Positions 28,363 through 39,000 of a stretch of DNA of 64,000 nt are shown here, in pieces; position 1 is the stretch's first letter; each line of letters starts with the position of its first letter. The stretch spans positions 4,977,976 to 5,041,975 of the forward strand of contig OZ316897.1 in NCBI GenBank assembly GCA_973895155.1, read 5' to 3'. This DNA comes from Marsupella aquatica (taxonomy: Eukaryota > Plantae > Marchantiophyta). The translations under genes were made by a program, and so were the position numbers. The notes beneath the pieces are model-generated. The model worked only from the letters and a program-made list of their open reading frames with translations, did no database searches and was not told the DNA's origin.

Positions 28363-28431
28363 GATGTAGCGCACCGTGGAGAGGCGACGTAGCGCACCGC
28401 GGAGAGGCGACGTAGCGCACCGCGGAGAGGC
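28363..28431. repeat. 23-bp tandem repeat x3 (GACGTAGCGCACCGCGGAGAGGC)
   Basis: Units start at 28363, 28386 and 28409. Confidence 0.95.
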
Positions 28432-28544
28432 AAGGTGCGGCGGCAACCTAGAGCACAAGGAAAACGACAAAGTTAGTGAACAATGACTTTTTCCGGGAAT
28501 TGTGGTGGGGTTTTTGCAACAATAGGGTTGTGAAGGTCTTCCAC

Positions 28545-28927
28545 AGAACATTGTTCCGTTGAGAGGGCATATTGGAGATTGGTTGACTGTAGAACACCAT
28601 TCTGTCGTGGTAGTTTTGGGAAGATTGGTCTTCAACAGAACACTGTTTCATCGTGGGTGCATATTGAAGATTGGTCTGCCCCAACACACATCTTGTCTGC
28701 GTTGTGAAGAAGGGTTGGTTGCGGAACACTATCCCGCAACTAGGCAGCTCACGAAACACTGTTCTGCCAATTAGCTTGGCTATTGGTGATGGAGGGTTGC
28801 GGAACACTGTCCCACAACTAAGCAATTTATGGAACACCGTTCCGTCAATTGTCTTGGAGATTGGTGGTGGTGCATTACGGAACACCGTTCCACGATTAAG
28901 TGATTGGTATCCGCGGAACACCGTTCC
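28545..28927. repeat. Array of nine GGAAC-acc-GTTCC-type mini-palindromes upstream of gag
   Basis: Cores at 28545, 28591, 28637, 28723, 28753, 28801, 28831, 28879 and 28915. Confidence 0.8.
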
Positions 28928-31900
28928 TCCAATCGGTTGATTATTGATAGTGGTGAGTTGATGGTGACCATTTAGGGAAAATTGGTCATCATAGAGTCCT
29001 TTGGTGATACGGGGCTACCTGAGGGATGACGGGCTGGTTTCACTCAGAGTGGAGTGCAATTTCGGCCAATGACATTGTTAGTAGTCACAAGTGGGGTTTT
29101 AGATAGTGATTCTGACGAGGACTTAGTAGCCAGTCCTCCTCGACATGAAGTGACTACGCCATTGTTGTGGGATATGGAAGAGATGTATGAGGCCACAAAA
29201 TGGACGAGGAGATACTCTGGTGTAATTGGCACGATTGATTTGGATGATTTCATCCAGGAGTTTGATACATGGTATGATATGCAGACAATGCGTAATGCCA
29301 CATTGTTCACACCTTTCATGGCTTGGAAAGGGTTGTTTCAGCATTTGGAGGGGCCACCCATGGATGACTTCCATGAGTTTCGAAAGGCTCATTTAGTGGA
29401 TATTGAGGCATGGAGACAACATTGGTCACCAAACTATGTGTCCATCACTTATGGCACAAGTGCGGTTGCCCAACCCATTGCTATAGCTACGGCTTCCTCT
29501 AGTAGCACTAGCCAGAGTGGCACTCCATCAACATCCACCGCTACTCCTACTAGTGTGATTGTGGCTGGGAGTGGATCTGCGCCAACATTTAACCTTGTGA
29601 TAAAGTTCTTTGAAGTATTAAAGTAGAACTACCAGGGTGTAAGAACCAATAAGTTGAAGGGTCTTCAGGAGTTCCAGCGCAAGACTGGAGAGAGCCTACG
29701 TGAGACATACACTCGTATGCAAAGATTGATTACGGTCACACAAGGAGTGACAGAGGCCCAAGCGGTCCAATTTTGGTATGCAATTCTGGATAGGGAGTTG
29801 CGTCGTAGAGTGAGAGATGCCACTCTATTGAGGGATTCAGATCCCACATTGGCTATAGTTTTTGCACTTGCTGAGCGTATTGAGCTCAATATGGTGAATG
29901 AGAAGGTGGTGACTTCTGGATTTGCCAAGGAAGCACCAAAGGTTGCATTGACACCCACACTGCAACCTACTGCACGTAAGAGCCAGAGAGAAGCCTACAA
30001 TACGGGAATCTACTAGTTAGAGACCTGTGCCTTCTTAACAACAATCAGGATGTTGGACTTGTGATGGGGATCATGCACAAAGATATTTCCCAGATAATAG
30101 GGGGCAAGGAGGGGCATCTACGCCTGATCAGCGACAATGTGATCATTGTGGAGTTTCTGGACACACCAAAGATAGGTGTTTTGTACTTCATCTTGAACTA
30201 CGACGGGGAGGACCACATGTGTATGATCAGGGAAGAGGAGGTAGAGGTGGTGGACGTGGTTGAGGCATGCCACATGCAGGAAGACAAGGAGGTGATGTTG
30301 CTCCTACCATTGCCACAGATCCTAAGGATGCAAAGATTGCTCAATTGGAGCAACAACTAGCTGCAATGGCTAGTTCTCAAGTTAGACCTATTGCTAGTGA
30401 TGGGGCTTCTACATCCTATGGAGCTTCAACATCTTATGGAGCTGATGGAGATCTTGCCACCATGGGATTTATGTGTGGCACTGCGCATGTTGATGCATCA
30501 GCAGCTTTGACTCGAGGAGCAGCAAAAGCCCTTGAGCCACGAGGAGCAGTGGTAGAATTGGATCCACAAAGAGGGGATCTTCGTCGTCAAATGAAGCTTC
30601 CCCAATCGTTTACATTGTTAGAGGCAGTTCAAACTACCTCTATGAACCCGATTTGGACGAGGCTTTACACCATGCCAGGAAACAGGAGGTTTTTTTACAG
30701 ATACGAGCGCTAGTATTATTTATACTGTCTAATACACTCATTCTCAATAAGCTTTGGTATATGATAATGCCGTTTGAAAACGACAAATTACTGACCAATT
30801 TAACATTAACTACATAATAGACACCTCTTTAAATACTACCCTAAACTTTGTCGTTCCAACAAGAGATGTATTTCTCCAACGGTGAGTATAGGCTGACTCA
30901 ACAATGTTGATTCTCGAAGGTCCAGTTTGAAAATATTCTTATAAATCCAATACAGATGTTTGCAAGGCAAGAAGGGTTTGCGGTGGGCATGACAACGATA
31001 GAAATCTTTGCAAGAACAGCACGGGAAGCAGCAAATCTGAACCCAATAGGCAATGACAGAGTGGTGACCAATGTGTGTTTGGATGCAAAATTGTTTGCCC
31101 CATCCATTTCCTGTTCCAACATCCATGGAACAGATTATTTTCATTTCTTCTTTCTCAACTGCCTCAATCTTCAGATTATAGTGCAATTTAGTTAGATGCA
31201 CTCTCTATAGGCACGTCCTCCCGTTTCGAGATAAATAGCGAATTGTCGACTGAAGTAGATTGATCATTTCCGGGAAAACATTGACATCGATTCAAAGATC
31301 TAGTCCACTTGGTGCATTTCTTACACGATCACCTTCACCTCCGATCGATATTCCGTTGTCCTTCAGAAACTCTACCTCCGCAGTAGAAAGATTTGTAGTC
31401 AATGCAACGGGCAAGTGATCACAAGGAGGCGGAACATTCACCACACCTTTTCGAGGATGACTTCTGTAACAAACATTAGTCGGACAGAACCAGATAAGTT
31501 CTGGATGTGGTTCCCCTCTGAAAATTTGCGCTGCTCGAACTGCGATACCAACGACTCTGTTTGACGTCCGGTAGCCTACTTTCTTCAATCGATTTCTATA
31601 TTCGTCACGATCTCCATGTCCGCCAAGGGATCCATTGCACACTGGGCTAGCACCATGCTTCAAAGTTCTCCTAATATGCCGTGCTCCAGAAGGAACATTG
31701 TACTCCAACACGGACGGGGTTACTTCTTCAATAACATGTACTGGGGGCATGACTGGAGTTGCAGATGACCTCGTCTCCATCAGAGGAGGTGTCCGCTCTT
31801 CAAGACTAGCTGAAACATTGCTCTCTAAAATATTGATGACTACACTCTCTTGGGGACCTGGTTCAGAAGGAATCGCAGAGAATTCCGTTCTATTGAGATT

Positions 31901-32189
31901 TCTTCGCTTCAAACCTCAGGTGTTTGGGGTCGTAATGAGGATAGTGTCATGCCTGTGGGAATCCTGCGCAAACATATTTCCAGTAACATGTCCCTTCCTC
32001 TTTACTGACCGGGTATGTACATCCCCGTTCAAAGGGGAATTCCTTTCCAAATTGAATTCAACCGCATTGGAAAGGAAAAGGTTTGAAGCTTCTTCAAATA
32101 ACCGCGGGGAACCCGCTAGATCTGCAGAGTGGAAAGCCAGCTCAAACATAGTTGGACCATTCCCTCTGTTCAATCCTCTCTTGTAAGCC

Positions 32190-35100
32190 TGTGACGCCGC
32201 CGGTACAGCGGGTATAAAAGGGGGCCGATCCTTTGTAGTGCACCAGTTCTTCAGTCCAGGCGCCAGCTTTGACCCCGACTCTCTCACTTTTTCCTTAGTC
32301 ACCTGCTATCTCCTCTGAATGTCGCACACGATCCTTTCCAGTTCGGCCATATGATTATGGACTCAGAACCTGTCTATCAGAGGGCACTTGGCCGACTTAT
32401 TAAAACATGCCAACCCATGCCGATACAAGATTGAACGCAAATACGAGAGAGCCATCCGCCTAGCAAGACGACACCACTATCTCCTTAACTTTGATTACCC
32501 GTACCAGAGCAAGCTTTACCGACCTGGAGAAGTATCAAGGTACTTTTTTTATTTAGGCAAATACATCGGCTCCTAGGAAGCATTGCTTCGGCTTCCGGAC
32601 GAGGTCTTCAATATCCCAGGCATGATCGACTTGCAGCGGCACCACTTCGACCACATCCCCGCTCGGGTCTGGGCTCTCATCAACAGCGATTTCAACACTC
32701 TGCGGTCAACAGGGCCGTCTTCACTTGCTTCGGAAAACCTCCACTGGCACCTACAAAACTTCATGGCAACTCTACCATCAGTGACCAGTGCCGGCCAACC
32801 TGTGCCCGTACCTGCACCTACACCTCCTCGGCCTCAACCGAGCCGGTCCTCGCCATCGGTCCCACCACCTCTCCGAGTACGATCCGTGGTAAATGCGGTG
32901 AATATTAGCTCCGAAGACGAGGAGGCTCACCCTCCTCTGAATCGACGGCCGCGGGGTATGACTCAACAAGCGCCAAACAACCCAGCACCACTCCAGCAAG
33001 CCCGAGGGGATAATACGGTAACTCTAGCGGCCTCGGCACCAATACTCACGGTAGTCCCGCTACCACCACCTGACCGAGAGGATGGAGAGATGTCCCCCTC
33101 TTCTAGTCACCCCGGGAATCAGTCTCGGGGTAGGAAGAGGAAGGAGCCCGCAGCCGTATCCGGGTTGCCTTTGGCCACGGTTGCGGTAGCCAAGCTGACC
33201 ATGCATTGCATGGGGGACAACATTCACAAGAACATCCTCCACCCCAAGCATGCATGCTATCTGAAGACCCAAGGGTTTGAGCACCTTGCCTCTCTCCCTT
33301 GGAATGGAAGCAGGTACTATGGGCAGGATATGACGGAGTTCATTCAGAACTTCAACGAGGCCCGTCAACAAACCCGAGCGCACGGGAGAGTGATGTGTCT
33401 CAATGAGGCACGTCTGAAGATGATTTTTGGCTTACCCGAGGGGATAAACCGAGTAGAATCGCGGGCTCCTGGGGGCAAGGGAGCTAAATACCAGTCATCT
33501 AGCTTCCCGGCCGAGGGGGTAGTGGACAATGGATTCTTAATGAGGACGTGCCTCATCCCGGAGGTAGCAGAATGCCTGGAGTTCCAGCGGTATGCCCTCC
33601 ACATGATGGAACCCAGAGGAGAAATATCGGCCGCTCAGGTCATCCAGGTGGAGAACTATCGGCCCAGGAAGTGGGCGTCCTTCTTCGTCAAGAAGTTCCA
33701 CGAGGAGATGGAGCGGAGAAGGAAGACTTTGTACCTTGGCGGAAGGGCGTACTTCGCTAGCCACATCAAAATCATCATCAAGTGGTACTCTCATTTCGAC
33801 CGCCGGAGCCTCCCACGTCTCAACGAGCCCGAGCTGACCCCACCAAAATGGGTGTTCCCAGCCCAGGTGAGGCGACCGTAGCCTGAGGCCCAAAGTTTGT
33901 CAGCTGCAAGCCCTGCTACCCCGGCCCTGCAACCCACCGCTGTCGCCCTGCCAGGCATACCCATTGACGTTATCGCGACCTTAGATGCAATCAATTGGGA
34001 CAATGCAATCGAAGCCGGGGCCGGATGAAGCCGTACCCGAAGCAGATGCCACGATAGCCGAGGGGATTCCGCCACCCCCCACGGTCCTGCAGGAGAACCG
34101 CCCGCCTCCAGTGGAACCAGCCCCTTTGACCGACTTACCTCAAGGGTTGGATATGTCCACTCCCACTCCCGCACGGGTTGGAGTCTGCCCGTGCCTGAAT
34201 CCAGATGGACATAGTCTAGATCATCCGAAACTCTTTGCGTCGGGCACATTTCTGAACGGGTTGTTGGGAGATTTCTTGCAACAGATCTCTTGGGACACCG
34301 GGGAATACATGGCCCGGAGGGTGGCCTACTTCTTCAACCAGGAGTTGGTTGCGGCTGTAAGGGCAAGACATGCGCAGGCAGAGACAGCGCAGAGAATAGA
34401 GCGATATCGGGTTGAGTCTGCCTACCTGAAGGACGAAGTGGCAACCCTGGAGGCTGAACTCCAGCGACTACGGCCTCAGGTAACGGCCACGGAGGACCAG
34501 GTCGCCAAGGCTAGAGCCCAAGCAACATTAGCAGTAAAGTTCGGGCTCGGAAAGGACGTCGAGATCGCGCGGCTCTGGACCAAGATTGACGGTTTGCAGG
34601 GGCAAGCTGTCAATTGGCAAAAGGATCTGGAGGAAGCTAACTCCAGGTCTCAGCGGGACACAGCCAAGATTGACGCCTTAAAGGCAGAGGTGGCGCGGCT
34701 TCAAGGAGAAGCCACGAAACAGGCCCAGTTGGTGGACAAGCTGACGAGCGACACCCAACAAGTGGAGGAGGCATGCCAGGAGGCCGCGGAAGAGATAGAT
34801 GCGATGAAGCGAGAGAATGAATCTCTGCTAGACCAGGTCTAGCTACTCAAGCAGGACGCCGATAGGCTCAAAAGGCAGCGGGATAGCTGCTCCCACTCAG
34901 GCGGCTCTAGCAAGCATGCCAAGCATTAGCGGTGGAGTACAATTAAAATAGAGTTAGGAGTAGCTAAATTAGGCTATAGGGACAAGCACCTGCCCTAGTT
35001 AAAGCAGCACTGCCATGCTGTACAACCTACATAGATTAGGATCTTCTAATAAGACAAGCCGTTTTCCAGCCTGACAGCCAACTTAGTTAGGAACTTAGTT

Positions 35101-35823
35101 AGCGAATCTTCGGGTGTGAGGGCACTCCGTTCCTCGGCCCTTAGTATTTAGTGCACCCCTCAGTAGAGGCAGGGGGGGTTTTTAGTCTCAGTGTTGGACA
35201 TCCGCGGTATGTGCGGGGAGTCCCGACCTCTGGAAGTGAAAGAGTACCAAGGGGAGGGTGTAGGACTAAGCTTGCTGGGCGAGTGCGGAGCCGGGCTCCG
35301 TTGTAGTGTACACCCTCAGCCTCGGACCTACTCATTCCAGAGCTTTTGGGTCAACTAAGTGTACGCATATGTCTCCTATGTAGTAAAATCCTTTCCCATT
35401 ATTTCTTTCATGTAAATCGAGATTGTATGCTTGTGTGTATGTATATGTGTGAATCTCGTGTATAGGTGCCAACGCTTGGCCAAACGCACTACCCAAGTCG
35501 TGCACGGGGTGCAGCTTGCGGGTAAGTGGTTGCGAGCCCGGGTTGAGTACCCATACCATCAAATCCGGATCAAAGGCTAACAACACAAAGGCTTAGAAGC
35601 CCGTAAGCTGGGGTCAATCCTGCTATCAACTGAGGTACGTTCCAGCGGCGGAACACAAACCATACCTAAGAGGTGTCCGTAGATGACAATAGGCGCACTT
35701 AGCGCTAGTTTATGTGAGTTAGGTGCATTCCGTGCCTCCCTCCCTGCCCAAACCCTCATATTGACAAAGGATGTGCCTGTCTAAGCCAAAGCCCGGGTTA
35801 AGGCCTAGGCTGACGACGTGACA
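32190..35823 (+). mobile_element. Solo LTR (3634 bp) of Ty3/gypsy family A, TSD AAGCC
   Basis: TGTGACGCCG...CGTGACA; AAGCC at 32185-32189 and 35824-35828. Homologous (inverted) to the LTRs at 46510-50376 and 56118 onward. Confidence 0.93.
32319..34929 (+). pseudogene. LTR-internal ORF (~870 codons): Pro-rich region, plant-transposon-protein-like domain, C-terminal coiled coil
   Basis: ATG 32319 is in frame with ORFs 32388 and 32583; a frameshift leads to 33985; final TAG at 34927-34929. The same ORF occurs at 50012-47401 (-). Confidence 0.8.
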
Positions 35824-36082
35824 AAGCCGTATAGGCTGCAATTTGAGAGATTGCTCTGTTCTAGTCGGTTTCACACCCTTCAAAGACTTCAACCTTCTTC
35901 TTCGTTTGCCAGGCAATCATCGACGCGTGAGACGACTCGGATCCACCACAATTTGGAATTATTGCCGCTTCTTCTGCACTCTTGCTCTGCAAAATTCACC
36001 CGACAAGGTTAGATTTAGGAATTGAATAGCGCCAGGCGCTAGCCAATGAACACATAGAAATAATAGCAGATGTAATCACTTT

Positions 36083-39000
36083 TGTTATAATGGATGACCT
36101 AACCCTAGTTACTTAGCTTAACCCTAGTGTACAGGAGTTAAGGTAGTTACCATAACCGCCAACACTTGTACTATATATGGAGTGGTCTTTACTCCCTAAC
36201 GTAATGAGAAGGTAGTGAGCTTGCTGGTGTATGAGTATCCAAGATTATGTTTGTTCCTTAATACGTTATCAGCATGACCTCCCAACAGAGCTTTTACTTT
36301 CCAATGATTCAGAATGGCTATGGCTGTCCCTGAACATAGCTTCTGAATTATTTTAGCGAATAGTGGATCGCATGGTACAATTTCCTTTTGTCGTTTCCTC
36401 CAGAAACACCGACTCCCACACTCCAACAACGGCCCGGGTGTAACATCGTGAGCGGTCAATCAAGACAACAATTCCAGGCTCGGATTGACGCGAACACGAA
36501 TAGAGATTGAGAATCGACCAGGGAAGTTTCCCGATCACTTACACACATAGATTATAAGTCAAGAATCCAATACAGATTTCCGTAGAATCTTTCCTATCTA
36601 GACTGTCCTAATTCCAATAACCACCAATCAACGAAGGATAACACGATGAATTCCATAGAGAAACTACAATTCAAGGCACTAGCAATCGATGGTGCAAATT
36701 ATTTATCCTGGTCCTTGGACGTTGAGGCATCCCTTTCATCCAAAGACCTCCAGGACGCGATACTAACTGATACTGGATTGACCCTACAGCAAAAAGCATG
36801 GGCCCTAGTATTCATTCGACACCACCTCGCCGAACCGCTAAAGATCCAATACTTAAATCAATTCAATCCACGAGTCCTATGGGAAGACCTGCAACTCAGG
36901 TTTGACCACATGCGCCTGGTCTCACTCCCCGCAGCTCGCCATGACTGGATTAATCTGCGGGTGCAGGATCACACGACTATCGCCAAATACAATGGCAAAC
37001 TCTTCAGAATAACCTCCCAACTCGCGCTATGCGGCCATCCGGTTGGAGACGATGAGCAAATTGAACGCACCCTCTCCACATTTGCCCCAAGAAACCTTCT
37101 CCTGGCAGCTCAGTACCACAACATGGAATTCACCAGATATTCAGAGCTCATCGCCCAAATGTTACTGGCCGAGAAGCACCAATTGCTGCTCCTTGAGAAC
37201 GCCAAAACACGCCCACCTGGAATCGCTGCCCCCCCACCACAACCCGAAGCTAATTTCAACAGATCCAACGCAAGAGCAAGAGGACGTGGATGAGGAAATT
37301 TTAGAGGGAGAGGCCGAAACCCAAGCCAAGGAGGGAGGGGATATGGCCAACCGGAAAGGGAAGGCCAGAATTCCATAAACCAACCTCGCGGAGGCGCATA
37401 TCAAGGAAGAGGCCGCAACGGAAACTGGGGCAGAGGATCGAATAACTGGCAAAGAGACAGAAGCAATCCAGTAGAATGCTTCAGGTGTGGCACCAAAGGG
37501 CATTTACAAAGAGATTGCAGGGCGCCCGCACATCTAGTGACACTATACAAACAAAGCCTGGAGATCCCAAGAAATGAAGCACACAGAAATTACATGGAGA
37601 CCACAGAAGACATAGCAGCTTACATTCAAGACCCCGCGGCACCTGAGGTACACACCGCCCAATTGGGGTCACACCCATTACCACCGGACGATCACAACAA
37701 CTGCATCATCGACAACGGTACTTCTCACTCCATACTACGCAATAAAGAATACTTTACCACAATTACACCCTCACATAGGTCTATGACCACAATCACCGGA
37801 TCCAACTATATCGAAGAAGGCCTCCACATCCTAGAAAACACTACATCAGGGCCCATAATCCGAGAGATCTTACCAATATTCCCACCAGGGTTATACATTA
37901 CCCGCATTTATGCATTCCATACCGAAAGCACCACCCTGACTGCCACACAGCTATGGCACAACCGCCTAGGACACCCTGGTACAAATATGTACCACAACAT
38001 TCTAAAGGACACAGTTGGAATACCCCATGACGTGCACCCCTCAGCTGCTAGCAGACCATGTCTAGCCTGCTCCCAAGGAAAAATGGTGACCCGCCCATCA
38101 CCATCTAAAACCATCTACACCATCCCACAATTCCTTGAAAGACTGCACGCAGATGTCTGCGGGCCTATAGATCCGCCCTCTGGCCCCTTCCGTTACTTCC
38201 TCGTCATTATAGACGCTTCAACAAAGTGGTCTCAGGTCTCCCTGCTCTCCACCAGGAACCTGGTGTTTTCCAGAATCCTGTCACACATACTCACTTTAAA
38301 ACATCAATTCTCGGATAATCCAATTAAAACCCTCAGAGTCGATAATGTCGGGGAATTTACTTCCAAAACCTTTGACGATTTCTGTGAAACTGCAGGAATC
38401 ATGACCGAGTATTCTGTACCCCATGTCCACTTTCAAAATGGAATAGTAGAGTCGGTCATTAAACGACTACAGATGGTGGCCAGACCACTATTGATGCAAT
38501 CCAACTTACCATCCGTTGCTTGGGGGCATGCCATCCTTCACGCGGTAGCCCTACTTCGATACAGACCATCCTCATTCAACACTAAGTCTCCTAATTTTTT
38601 GGCCTACGGCTTGCCACCCAATATCTCACACTTAAGGACATTTGGCTGCTTGGCCTTAGTACCTATATTAGGCCCCAAACGAACTAAAATGGGCCCACAA
38701 CGGCAGAAAGGCATCTATGTCGGCTTCGACTCCTCATCAATAATCAGATACCTGGAACCTCTAACATCAGACGTATTTAAAGCTCGTTTCCAGGACTGTA
38801 CATTCTTTGAAACCGAATTCCCAGGACTCACTAACCAAGCAGGCATGGGTGCTATGAGCGGAAAAGAACTACAATGGCTTATAGCCCACCCACTTACCAA
38901 CGACCACCGAACAAGAGAGGCGGACGAGGGAGTTCAACGGGTCTTATACTTACAACAAATGTTGTTGAAACTCCCAGATGCATTCAATGATGCTGCCACT

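Larger units (their letters stand above)
27525..30658 (+). mobile_element. Ty3/gypsy family B: 5' LTR/leader and gag, truncated at the MULE end (30659)
   Basis: TGTCACACCATT start. Gag ORFs 29054-29626 and 29654-30016, plus a CCHC knuckle (CDHCGVSGHTKDRC) at ~30137-30180. Homologous to 1-2572. Confidence 0.8.

Noticed and set aside
28545-28927. CRISPR-like repeat-spacer array
   Set aside because: Repeats are only 13 bp and degenerate, the spacers are related to each other, there are no cas genes, and the context is a eukaryotic retroelement.
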